From NCBI GenBank assembly GCA_963674785.1, contig OY771555.1, positions 2,169,175-2,233,174 of the forward strand: a stretch of 64,000 nucleotides of DNA, given 5' to 3'. Of the stretch, positions 28,598 through 37,679 are shown in pieces. The stretch is from Caldisericia bacterium. GTDB taxonomy: Bacteria; Caldisericota; Caldisericia; JAAYUI01. The position numbers and the translations under genes are program-made. The first letter of the stretch is position 1; each line of letters opens with the position of its first letter. Below the pieces are notes generated by a model. That model was given only the letters and a program-made list of their open reading frames with translations, was not told the DNA's origin and did no database searches.

Positions 28598-29665
28598 TTA
28601 CTTTAAGTAGTCTGGTTTTGTAATACTGAAAGAATCAAGCATTGACCGGAAAGTTTCTTTATCTCCACCTATTTCAGATCCCTCAGAGGTTCCCATTATA
28701 AGTATCCACCAACCATCCATTTCGATTATACAATTTGAAACAAGCGCTTCACCCATACTCATTTCAAATAGATTTGCATCTCTTCCAGAAACCTTAATCT
28801 TTTCAACACCAAGTTCTTCTTCTGCTGATACACTCTCATTCTCTTTAGATGCCATTATGGTAACATTGAGTTTGTCAATTGTGAACATAACCATGTCATC
28901 GTCACCATAACTAAAATCCATGACCTCGGCTGAAGATGGATGCTTCACAGTGAAATAGTTTCCAGTATAAAGCTCGTCAAGCTTTCTTCCATCTGAGGAG
29001 CTACTTGGTTTATTATCGACGTCTTTCTCATCAGCAGCATTTGATTTATTGATATCTTCATCCTCTACTGGATGCTCAGCTTCATCCTTATTGGAATAGT
29101 CAACTTCTTTTTCTATTGGTTTATCCGATATATCTTTGTCAGAATTGGTCATCTCCGAGAAAAAATCGGAATCTGTAATTTTAAATGATCTTACAATTTG
29201 TCTTGACATCTCAACAATATTTGCATCATCAACCGGTTTTCTCACACTATCTATTATTATCCACTTCTCCATAGGAATAAGAACCATTACACCATGGAGA
29301 CCCTTATTATCACCCTCAATCCAAAGCGCTTTATGTCCATCAATTGTTACAGTTTTTTTTGACAGATTCTCAACTTCTTCTTCAATGCCTTCAATAAACA
29401 TATCAAGAGAACTAATATCACCCTTTTTAGCATCTACAAATGGGATTCCAGCTACTTCAACCTCGAGTCCAGATTTGCTATCAGTCAAAACAGCTCCGTA
29501 CTCGGTTTCTTTGGCTGAAAAATCATATGTACAATCTATCGTAAAGTATTTACCAGTAAAAGTATTGTTTAAATCTGCCTTTACTGCCTGTTCTCCACCA
29601 CCACAAGATACTAGAGCCGATAATACTAAAAAACAAACGACAAGAAACGCAAAAGTCTTTTTCAT
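28598..29665 (-). CDS. Lipoprotein with two PsbP/DcrB-like domains
   Basis: Lipobox LVSC; TGKYFTIDC and TGNYFTVKHP; both domains end SFxITxxDF/Y. Confidence 0.65.
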   Translation of the reverse strand: MKKTFAFLVVCFLVLSALVSCGGGEQAVKADLNNTFTGKYFTIDCTYDFSAKETEYGAVLTDSKSGLEVEVAGIPFVDAKKGDISSLDMFIEGIEEEVENLSKKTVTIDGHKALWIEGDNKGLHGVMVLIPMEKWIIIDSVRKPVDDANIVEMSRQIVRSFKITDSDFFSEMTNSDKDISDKPIEKEVDYSNKDEAEHPVEDEDINKSNAADEKDVDNKPSSSSDGRKLDELYTGNYFTVKHPSSAEVMDFSYGDDDMVMFTIDKLNVTIMASKENESVSAEEELGVEKIKVSGRDANLFEMSMGEALVSNCIIEMDGWWILIMGTSEGSEIGGDKETFRSMLDSFSITKPDYLK

Positions 29666-29718
29666 AAATTCCTCTTTTTTTCATTGAATTTTTTCAAACT
29701 ACTCGACATAAATCTAAT

Positions 29719-30687
29719 TCATTTCGCCCCAAAATGCAAACTGTCCAGTAACTCAATACTCAAAATATCATCAGCCGCTCTTTTGATGGAATCTGCATCA
29801 ATCATACCGGTAACAGACACAAGAACGTAACCACCTTCAAATGGAATCGTAAGACTTATTGATTTCTTCTTTTCTTTAAGAGTCTCAGACCAGAATGCTG
29901 CCATTCCATCAACTTCTATCTCCATCACAACCTGGGAGCCGAGGTCAAAGCCTTCCCAATCCTGCATCTTTGAAACATATTGTAACTCACCGAAATGTGA
30001 TTTCCAATCATCAATATGAACAACATTTATTTGGTATTCATCACATTTAAGTTTTGTAATGCTGTCATTACTCGATTTCTCTTCGCAATCAGATCTCAAT
30101 GTTATCGCCCCGATTTTGTGAATTTCATCTGAAAACTCTGGTTTCTGGGATAGATCATATGCTTCATATACTGCTCCCTCAAATGGGATTTCAAAATCTG
30201 GATCTGTAAGCCTCAGAGAAAAAAGTACAGTCTTTGCAAGATCATAGTCAGATTCATCAAATCCCGATGCAGTACCAATTAACTCCCAACCATTTTTTGG
30301 TATAGTAACAGACATAAACGGCCATTCGTATTCATCTTTTGTGTAACAGAACAAAGCATTTTCTTCTCCAAGTTGAACCTCAGTGAGCTCATCCCAGAAA
30401 TCCTCACCATTATGCCAAAGTCTGTAAGTGTCACCATTCCTACAGTTGTCATTCCAATTTGCATATGTTTCAATAAGCATTTTCGAATCCTTTGAAGAAA
30501 TTATCACACCTGGATTTACATCACCAATTTTTATTGGTGAAAAACCATCCGGATAATCCATAGAAAAAAAATCGTTAGCAAAGGTTCTCTCAAGGATGAT
30601 TCCAGGTGTCGATTCGCTGGGCATACTACAAGATGCAAATGAAACCAGTAGCGCAATGTAAATAAATAAATGGATTGTTTTTTTCAT
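29719..30687 (-). CDS. Lipoprotein with two PsbP/DcrB-like domains
   Basis: Lipobox FASC; ANDFFSMDYPDGF...SLRLTDPDF. Confidence 0.62.
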   Translation of the reverse strand: MKKTIHLFIYIALLVSFASCSMPSESTPGIILERTFANDFFSMDYPDGFSPIKIGDVNPGVIISSKDSKMLIETYANWNDNCRNGDTYRLWHNGEDFWDELTEVQLGEENALFCYTKDEYEWPFMSVTIPKNGWELIGTASGFDESDYDLAKTVLFSLRLTDPDFEIPFEGAVYEAYDLSQKPEFSDEIHKIGAITLRSDCEEKSSNDSITKLKCDEYQINVVHIDDWKSHFGELQYVSKMQDWEGFDLGSQVVMEIEVDGMAAFWSETLKEKKKSISLTIPFEGGYVLVSVTGMIDADSIKRAADDILSIELLDSLHFGAK

Positions 30688-31184
30688 TTTATTGTCACCG
30701 TTTTGATTATTCTATGTCCAAGAGCAAGATCATCTCGAACTTGAGGGTTTATCTGAACATACAAAACCATATCATCGAGTGGGATATAATATCCAAAAAC
30801 CTCAATAATATCGGTTAGAGTTGTCCCAGAAAAAGTACAACCTTCATAGTATAGAGATTTGACACCACCAATTTTTTTCGTTTCTATATCAGGCTCAGGC
30901 ATTCCTTTGGTGACCTTCAAATATCTTTCTTTGACTGCCAATGTATCACCTTTTTTGAGCTTCTTGTATTCGAGCATCTGGAAAACCATCATAGGATTTG
31001 GGTTACCAGTCTCAGAAACGAAAACATCAGTACCATCGACCTCATTTACTTCAAAAAGCGAAGGATACTCAAAACCAAAAAAATCATTCTCATAGGTTTT
31101 TTCAAAATGCGTGGTACCACACGCAAGCTGTGTAACCAAAGCCAAAAGAAGTATAAGAAGGAATAGACCTCTAATTTTTCTCAT
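30684..31184 (-). CDS. Lipoprotein, single PsbP/DcrB-like domain
   Basis: Lipobox QLAC; YENDFFGFEYPSLF, YIPLDD, RIIKTVTIK. Start refined to MRKIR. Confidence 0.62.
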   Translation of the reverse strand: MRKIRGLFLLILLLALVTQLACGTTHFEKTYENDFFGFEYPSLFEVNEVDGTDVFVSETGNPNPMMVFQMLEYKKLKKGDTLAVKERYLKVTKGMPEPDIETKKIGGVKSLYYEGCTFSGTTLTDIIEVFGYYIPLDDMVLYVQINPQVRDDLALGHRIIKTVTIK

Positions 31185-31271
31185 AAAGAATGGATACAAC
31201 GAGACTTTCATTTTGTCAACAGAAAATTCGAAGACTAAATCAAGATTAACATCGTTCTGGAGTACAACCCC

Positions 31272-31299
31272 TTGTCAAGATTATTTAAAATGATATGCT
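31272..31299 (+). promoter_or_regulatory. Promoter of rocD
   Basis: TTGTCA-N16-TATGCT with extended TG; SD AAGGAGG before ATG 31331. Confidence 0.55.
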
Positions 31300-31330
31300 T
31301 TGACTATTCAATTACTCAAGGAGGAATGGC

Positions 31331-32530
31331 ATGAATTCTCAGGATTATATCAACTTAGAGAAGCAGTATGGTGCAAGCAACTACGAATCACTTGAAGTGG
31401 TATTGTCAAAAGGTGAAGGTGTCTGGGTTTGGGATGTAGAAGGAAAGAAATATATGGACATGCTCAGTGCATATTCAGCGGTTAACCATGGTCACAGACA
31501 CCCAAAAATCATCGGTGCAATGACAGAACAAATGAACAGGATCACCTTAACCTCCAGAGCTTTCTTCAATGACAGACTTCCTGAGTTTTGCAAAACTGTT
31601 TCAGAGTTTACAGGCAAAGAAATGTTCCTCCCAATGAACACAGGCGCAGAAGGCGTAGAAACCGGAATCAAGGCTATGCGTAAGTGGGGATATGAAGTAA
31701 AAGGTATCGAAGCAGAAAGAGGCGAGATAATCGTTTTCGAGAATAACTTCCATGGTAGAACAACCACAATTGTAAGTTTCTCAACTGACGAAAACGCACA
31801 CAATAACTTTGGTCCATTCACACCAGGGTTTGTGATTGTTCCATACAACGATCTTGATGCAATCAAAAATGCAATTACCGACAAAACAATCGGCATCCTG
31901 ATTGAGCCAATTCAAGGTGAAGCAGGAATAAATGTTCCAGATGATGGTTACCTCAGAGGAATCAGAGAAATTTGTGACAAACACAACATACTCTTTGCCG
32001 CTGATGAAATCCAGACAGGTTTCGGAAGAACAGGAAAACGTTTCTGTGTTGACCATGAAGGCGTTGAACCAGACCTCTTTATCCTTGGAAAAGCTCTCGG
32101 TGGTGGAGTATTCCCAGTGTCTGGGGTTGCTGCAAACAAAGATATTCTCGGTGTTTTCAAAAAAGGGCAGCATGGATCAACGTTTGGTGGAAACCCACTC
32201 GGATCAATTGTGGGAAAAACCTCAATTGAAGTTCTCCAGGATGAAAAACTAATTGAAAGATCAGCTGAGCTTGGTGAATATTTCATGGGTAAACTCAAAA
32301 CCCTCATCGGTGATGTCATCGAGAATGTCCGAGGAAAAGGTCTTCTTATCGGAATCGATATTAAACCATCAGCCGGTGCCGCACACGACTACGTCGTAAA
32401 GCTTCGTGACGCAGGAATCATCGCAAAAGAAACACATGATACAATCATCAGATTTGCCCCACCACTTGTTATCACAAAAGAAGAGCTTGACTGGGCATTT
32501 GAAATCGTTAAAAAAGTCTTTGTAAAATAG
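31331..32530 (+). CDS. rocD: Ornithine--oxo-acid aminotransferase
   Basis: DMLSAYSAVNHGH.HP, LTSRAF, PMNTGAEGVET, NFHGRT, EPIQGEAG, DEIQTG, GKALGGG. Confidence 0.95.
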   Translation: MNSQDYINLEKQYGASNYESLEVVLSKGEGVWVWDVEGKKYMDMLSAYSAVNHGHRHPKIIGAMTEQMNRITLTSRAFFNDRLPEFCKTVSEFTGKEMFLPMNTGAEGVETGIKAMRKWGYEVKGIEAERGEIIVFENNFHGRTTTIVSFSTDENAHNNFGPFTPGFVIVPYNDLDAIKNAITDKTIGILIEPIQGEAGINVPDDGYLRGIREICDKHNILFAADEIQTGFGRTGKRFCVDHEGVEPDLFILGKALGGGVFPVSGVAANKDILGVFKKGQHGSTFGGNPLGSIVGKTSIEVLQDEKLIERSAELGEYFMGKLKTLIGDVIENVRGKGLLIGIDIKPSAGAAHDYVVKLRDAGIIAKETHDTIIRFAPPLVITKEELDWAFEIVKKVFVK

Positions 32531-32559
32531 ACTTACAAGAATAATTTTTACACTTACAA

Positions 32560-32586
32560 GTGGGGCACTTCGTGCCCCACTTTTTT
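32560..32586 (+). terminator. Intrinsic terminator of rocD
   Basis: GTGGGGCAC-ttc-GTGCCCCAC followed by T6. Confidence 0.88.
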
Positions 32587-32616
32587 ATTTGCAAAAAATC
32601 TGGTAAAATCAATTAC

Positions 32617-33114
32617 ATGAAACGAATACTTGTGCTGTTATTGGTCTTGGTTCTTTTTGTTTCCTGCTCAGGAAAACCGTATAATCCACCCAAAGAGCTT
32701 GTTTTTTCTGAAACAACATACCTATACAAAGTCTATTATCCAAAGGGCTGGGAGGCTACAACGGGTGTAAATGGCAGTTGTGCAATCTCATTTATGACTG
32801 ACAAAATCACAATTCCATTTGTAATCGCAGTTGATGAGAATGTAAAAGCTAACGACCTTGATAGCATCAGCGAATTCACAGACATACTCAAAAGCAGCAA
32901 TCCCAATGGAAAGACAGAAGTAAAAAAGATTTCTGGGAAAAAATCAATGTGGTGGTATTTCGACATCATGGGAGTCGAACTGGCAAGCTTCATTTTGCCT
33001 CTTGATGGAGTCATTGTTTCAGCAATGATCTGGACAAGACAATCAGAACATATAACAACAGAAAACCTGAAACTGGCAAGAATGGTTGTGGACAGTTTCA
33101 GGCTTATTGATTAG
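32617..33114 (+). CDS. Lipoprotein, single PsbP/DcrB-like domain (dispersed family member)
   Basis: MKRILVLLLVLVLFVSC; YKVYYPKGW, ILPLDG, LARMVVDSFRL. Confidence 0.65.
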   Translation: MKRILVLLLVLVLFVSCSGKPYNPPKELVFSETTYLYKVYYPKGWEATTGVNGSCAISFMTDKITIPFVIAVDENVKANDLDSISEFTDILKSSNPNGKTEVKKISGKKSMWWYFDIMGVELASFILPLDGVIVSAMIWTRQSEHITTENLKLARMVVDSFRLID

Positions 33115-33117
33115 CAA

Positions 33118-33534
33118 TTACTGAATAGGTTCAGTTTTACCTCGTTTTTTTTGTTGCCTTAAGACCCACTCTTTCGCTTTTTCAACAGTCGGAAAGATGG
33201 GACGAGGATTTCCTGACAGCGTGTCATAAAGTTTTGCTGCGATCCTCTCAAGCATATTCGAACATACCGTACAATAATCAATAACATATTTTTTCGAGTT
33301 TGGGGCATCAAGCTCTGAAAACCTGTTGACGTATCTCGGATGCGCCATTCCCATCTCAGAGGTATCAATTATCTGCCAAACCTTTGTATTCCCGCCTTTA
33401 AGATACCATTCAAGGTTCTTGTTTGCTATAAACTCCGCATCATAATTTGATTTTGGTGAACCAATAAACTTACAGAAAAGGATATTGTTCTCTTTATCAT
33501 AGCTTGCTTCGTATTTAACGACACTATCTGGCAT
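33118..33534 (-). CDS. STAS/SpoIIAA-like domain protein
   Basis: IIDTSEM core and C-terminal IFPTVEKAKEWV, typical of SpoIIAA-like/STAS-SEC14 proteins. Confidence 0.55.
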   Translation of the reverse strand: MPDSVVKYEASYDKENNILFCKFIGSPKSNYDAEFIANKNLEWYLKGGNTKVWQIIDTSEMGMAHPRYVNRFSELDAPNSKKYVIDYCTVCSNMLERIAAKLYDTLSGNPRPIFPTVEKAKEWVLRQQKKRGKTEPIQ

Positions 33535-33537
33535 TGA

Positions 33538-35169
33538 TCACATCCTATCAGGTGCAGATACACCGAGTATAGAAAGGGCAGACTTTATAACTTTCATGGT
33601 GGCAAAAATAAGCAATAATCTTCGTTTCTGAACTTCAGAAGACTCACCTAAAACTCTGCAATCATGATAAAAACTATGGAAGGAATTCGCTAACTTCTCA
33701 GCATATGTGCAGATTCTATTTGGAGTTCTTGATTTCGCAGAACCTAAAACTTCATCAGGGAAAGATATTAAATCTCGCACCAAATTCAATTCGGTATCAC
33801 CATCAAAGCAAGAAATTTCATCATCAAGATTAACTTCTGGCAAACCATCATTTGCTAGAATAGCTTTGCATCTTACATAAGCATATTGGACATAATAAAC
33901 AGGGTTGTCCATTGATTTGCTTTTTGCAAGATCAAGATCAAAGTTGAGGTGAGTATCTGATGACCTCATCAAATAGAAATATCTGGAAGCATCAACACCC
34001 ACTTCATCGAGCAGCTCTTCAAGTGTGACAAACTCACCACTGCTTTTGCTCATCTTAACTTGTTTTCCACTTCGGAAAAGATGAACAAGTTGGTAAAGAT
34101 GGAACTCAAGATTTTTTTTGTCATAACCAAGTGCTTCAAGACCAGCTTCCATTGGCCCAACATGACCATGATGATCGGCACCCATAACATCGATCACATG
34201 ATCAAAACCGCGTTTGAACTTGTTTACATGATAGGCAATATCAGTGGTAGTATATGTAACATCACCATTACTTTTAACAATAACAAAATCCTTGTCATCT
34301 CCGAAATCTGTTGAGCGCATCCAAGTTGCACCATCTTTGTCATAAAGCACATTTTTATCGGTAAGATTTTTAAGTGTGTCTTCGATTTCTCCAGTTTCTA
34401 CCATCTTTTTTTCGGAGAACCAAACATCGAAATCCACTCCAAACTTGGAAAAAACATCTCGTTGCCAGGAGACAATTCTTTTGACAGCTTCATCGCGGAA
34501 GAATTGGTGTCTTTCATCATCGCCTAAATCTAGAAGTGAATTATTCTCATTTACCAAATCTTTGGCAATATCAAGAAGATATTCCCCAGGGTAACCTTCT
34601 TCTGTTAGTTCCCAGGGTAACCCAAGTGCTTGTCTGTACCTTGCCTCAAGAGAATCAGCCAGATGACCAATTTTTGCACCACGGTCATTAACATAAAACT
34701 CTCTTTCAACATCATAACCAACCCACCGAAGAAGGGTGGCAATAGTATCTCCAAGGGGGGCACCACGACCATTTGCAACAGTCACAGGACCTGTTGGATT
34801 TGCAGACACAAATTCAACCTGGATTTTCTTTCCCTTTCCAGAATCCCACGTTCCAAAATCATCAGAATTCGCATGTTTTACAAACTTGATTAGAATATCG
34901 CCAGAGAGAAAAAAATTGATAAATCCTGGTCCTGCAATCTCGATTTTTTCGAAGGCTTCCTGATCAATATTATCGATGATTTCCTGGGCAATAGCTCTTG
35001 GAGATTTTTTTAATTTCTTTGCAAGAGTCATTGCCACATTTGATGAAAAATCACCGTGGTCAGGAGTATCAGGTTTGAGAATGTCAAATTTGTGATCTGA
35101 TACCCCAAGTTTTTCTAAGCTCTTTAAAACAATTTCTAAAATAAAATCCTTAATACTGCAATTTATCAA
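33538..35169 (-). CDS. argS: Arginyl-tRNA synthetase
   Basis: HGDFSSN, IAGPGFINF, EFVSANPTGP, GADHHGH, KMSKSSG, NPVYYVQYA, APDRM. Confidence 0.96.
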   Translation of the reverse strand: MINCSIKDFILEIVLKSLEKLGVSDHKFDILKPDTPDHGDFSSNVAMTLAKKLKKSPRAIAQEIIDNIDQEAFEKIEIAGPGFINFFLSGDILIKFVKHANSDDFGTWDSGKGKKIQVEFVSANPTGPVTVANGRGAPLGDTIATLLRWVGYDVEREFYVNDRGAKIGHLADSLEARYRQALGLPWELTEEGYPGEYLLDIAKDLVNENNSLLDLGDDERHQFFRDEAVKRIVSWQRDVFSKFGVDFDVWFSEKKMVETGEIEDTLKNLTDKNVLYDKDGATWMRSTDFGDDKDFVIVKSNGDVTYTTTDIAYHVNKFKRGFDHVIDVMGADHHGHVGPMEAGLEALGYDKKNLEFHLYQLVHLFRSGKQVKMSKSSGEFVTLEELLDEVGVDASRYFYLMRSSDTHLNFDLDLAKSKSMDNPVYYVQYAYVRCKAILANDGLPEVNLDDEISCFDGDTELNLVRDLISFPDEVLGSAKSRTPNRICTYAEKLANSFHSFYHDCRVLGESSEVQKRRLLLIFATMKVIKSALSILGVSAPDRM

Positions 35170-36077
35170 ACTCGCGGCTCCAATTCCATGTAAAGACGTT
35201 TTACACCATTAATTTTTGAAACAAGACTTTCTGCTGCAATTATCTCGGCCGTATTTTTTGCATAACCCTTTAAAAAAACATAACCATCGATTGCTGTCAC
35301 CTTAACATCTCTTGCTCTAACATCTTGAGACTTCTTGATTTCAGCTTCAATCTTTTTGGTCAAAAGATCATCTGAGTTTTCACCTTCTCCATGAAGCCTT
35401 ATTCCATTTGAAACAGATTTCACACCGCTTACTTTCTCAGCAGTGTTTTCAGCAAGTGTTATTGAATTTTTATCTCCAGCATTTCCACTTAAGAAAATAT
35501 GTCCAGATTTTGCAAAAACCTGAAGGTGATACACTTTAATATCACGATTTGAACCCAATTCAAAAATCACTGAATTAGCTAGATCAATATCACCCACAGA
35601 ATAGGGGATTCTCAAATTGTCAATTACCTTGGAGACTCCTTGCGTTCGATTCGCAAGGTCAACTGCAGCTTCTTTGGCGTGTGCATTGCTTACTTTTCCA
35701 ACAAGTGTAAGCGTGCCACTTTCTGCAATACCTGAAAGTTTTGTTTCCTTTGGAAGATATTTCGATAGCAATTCTGCAAAATGTTCCTGAACCTCATCAT
35801 CATCAAGAGCGTTTTTTGTTCTGATTTTTTCACCCTTAAACTCGATCAGCTCAGATTGTCTTGTTTGTAAAATCGCATCAATCAAAGTTTCTTTTTTTGT
35901 GCCTTCAAGATCATCTGGTAATCCGACAATAACTTTTCCGGCAACAAGGGTAACTGAATACCCTTCAATTTTTCTCTTTTCAAGGGTTGTTGTGACTCTT
36001 CTGGCAACCTGTCTTGCGATTCGGTTGTCCTTTCGATCTTTGTAAATCATTCTGTTCAGGTTTTTTGCTCTGGCCAT
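35166..36077 (-). CDS. Multi-BON-domain protein
   Basis: Three clear repeats of D..L...I...G.V.L.G......AE.......GV..V.N.L plus a degenerate N-terminal copy; no signal peptide. Confidence 0.8.
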   Translation of the reverse strand: MARAKNLNRMIYKDRKDNRIARQVARRVTTTLEKRKIEGYSVTLVAGKVIVGLPDDLEGTKKETLIDAILQTRQSELIEFKGEKIRTKNALDDDEVQEHFAELLSKYLPKETKLSGIAESGTLTLVGKVSNAHAKEAAVDLANRTQGVSKVIDNLRIPYSVGDIDLANSVIFELGSNRDIKVYHLQVFAKSGHIFLSGNAGDKNSITLAENTAEKVSGVKSVSNGIRLHGEGENSDDLLTKKIEAEIKKSQDVRARDVKVTAIDGYVFLKGYAKNTAEIIAAESLVSKINGVKRLYMELEPRV

Positions 36078-36095
36078 TCTCCTCCTTAGTTTTAG

Positions 36096-36746
36096 TTACT
36101 GATCCATGAAAAAAGCTTTTCCATCTGCTGACCCTACGATCAATTCACAAGCTCTTTCAGGATGAGGCATCATTCCAACAACATTTCCATCGATGTTACA
36201 TATTCCAGCAATATCATAAATTGATCCATTTGGATTATTTTTGTGATAGGTGAAAACAACCTGGTTGTTTGTCAGAAGTTTATCCAGACCATCTTTATCT
36301 ATAAAATATCTTCCTTCGTTATGAGCAATAGGGATTTTAAGAATTTGACCAGCATTGAGGTTCTTTGTGAATGGTGTTCTTGTGGTTTTGGTTTCGATCT
36401 CGACCCAGCGGGACTCAAACCTCAGGGTATCGTTTTGCAGTAGCGCTCCAGGTAAAAGTCCACATTCTGTCAGAATCTGAAATCCATTGCAGATACCTAT
36501 AACACTTCCACCATTTTCTGCAAACTTTTTCACCTGCTCCATGACTGGAGAAAACTGAGCAATCGCACCTGACCTGAGATAATCACCATAGGAAAACCCA
36601 CCAGGAACAATCACCATATCTGCACCGTTTAAGTCAGCCGACTTGTGCCAGATTGGAAAAGACTCATTACCAGTCAATGAACCAGCAGTCCACAAAGCGT
36701 CTCTATCGCAATTACTTCCGGGGAAAACAAGAACTCCTACTTTCAC
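36096..36746 (-). CDS. purQ: FGAM synthase glutaminase subunit
   Basis: FPGSNCDRD, PGGFSYGDYLRSG, GICNGFQIL, MMPHPER. Confidence 0.96.
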   Translation of the reverse strand: MKVGVLVFPGSNCDRDALWTAGSLTGNESFPIWHKSADLNGADMVIVPGGFSYGDYLRSGAIAQFSPVMEQVKKFAENGGSVIGICNGFQILTECGLLPGALLQNDTLRFESRWVEIETKTTRTPFTKNLNAGQILKIPIAHNEGRYFIDKDGLDKLLTNNQVVFTYHKNNPNGSIYDIAGICNIDGNVVGMMPHPERACELIVGSADGKAFFMDQ

Positions 36747-36991
36747 TCGTCCACCCTTACCATAAACACTTCCATAACGGGATTTGCAAGAAGTTTGTTG
36801 GATAATTCAGTAGCCAACTCAATTGCCTTCTCTTTTGAATCAGCATCGATTTTAAGTTTTATACTTTTACCAACTCTGACAGATTTTACAGCAGAAAAAC
36901 CAAACTGTGAAACAGCTTTGTTGATGGTTTTTCCCTGTGGATCAAGAATATCTGGCTTTAATTCAACTACTACCTCAACATTAAACTCCAC
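36743..36991 (-). CDS. purS: FGAM synthase subunit PurS
   Basis: LKPDILDPQG, VRVGK, LLANPVME. Confidence 0.95.
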   Translation of the reverse strand: MEFNVEVVVELKPDILDPQGKTINKAVSQFGFSAVKSVRVGKSIKLKIDADSKEKAIELATELSNKLLANPVMEVFMVRVDE

Positions 36992-37679
36992 TTATCCTCC
37001 TTGCAACCTCTTTGTATGCCTTCATGACACCACCAAGGTCTCTTCTAAATCTATCTTTATCCAATTTCTCGTTTGTTTCAAAGTCCCAAAGTCTGCAGGT
37101 ATCAGGTGTCCACTCATCCGCAAGAATGACTTCTCCATGGAACAATCCAAATTCAATCTTGAAATCAATAAGTTTTAATCCAACCTCAGCGAAGAATGCT
37201 TTCATATGTTCATTTATTTTAAATGTAAGCTCAGTAACTCTGTCAAGCTGTTCTTTTGTAGCCCATCCGAAAAGGATGGCATGGTTTTTACAGATGAAAG
37301 GATCATGAAGTGCATCATCCTTAAGACAGAATTCAATCAACGGTTCTGAGAGCTGTTTTCCTTCTTCGAGTCCAAAACGTTTGCAAATTGAGCCTGCAAG
37401 GACATTTCTGATGATGACCTCAATTGGAAGTATTTGAACACGTTTTACCTTGTGCTGGATTGGAGGAATATGATCAATATAATGATTTGGAATTCCCTGG
37501 TCGGTCAAATACTTCATAATAATTGCAGAAATCTGAGCGTTGATTTCACCTTTACTCGCCATCTCATCATGTTTTGTTCCATCAAAAGCCGTCAAATCAT
37601 TTTTGAATTCTGCAATCAATACATCTGGATCATCAGTTTCAAAAAGAGCTTTTGCTTTTCCTTCATACAACTTCTTCAT
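36981..37679 (-). CDS. purC: SAICAR synthetase
   Basis: LYEGKAK, IDFKIEFG, LADE.TPDTCRLWD, DKDRFR. Confidence 0.96.
   Translation of the reverse strand: MKKLYEGKAKALFETDDPDVLIAEFKNDLTAFDGTKHDEMASKGEINAQISAIIMKYLTDQGIPNHYIDHIPPIQHKVKRVQILPIEVIIRNVLAGSICKRFGLEEGKQLSEPLIEFCLKDDALHDPFICKNHAILFGWATKEQLDRVTELTFKINEHMKAFFAEVGLKLIDFKIEFGLFHGEVILADEWTPDTCRLWDFETNEKLDKDRFRRDLGGVMKAYKEVARRISGV

Noticed and set aside
29136-29687. 183-aa antisense ORF and similar antisense ORFs (e.g. 14521, 20265, 42639, 53377)
   Set aside because: They overlap well-supported genes on the other strand and have no recognisable motifs.
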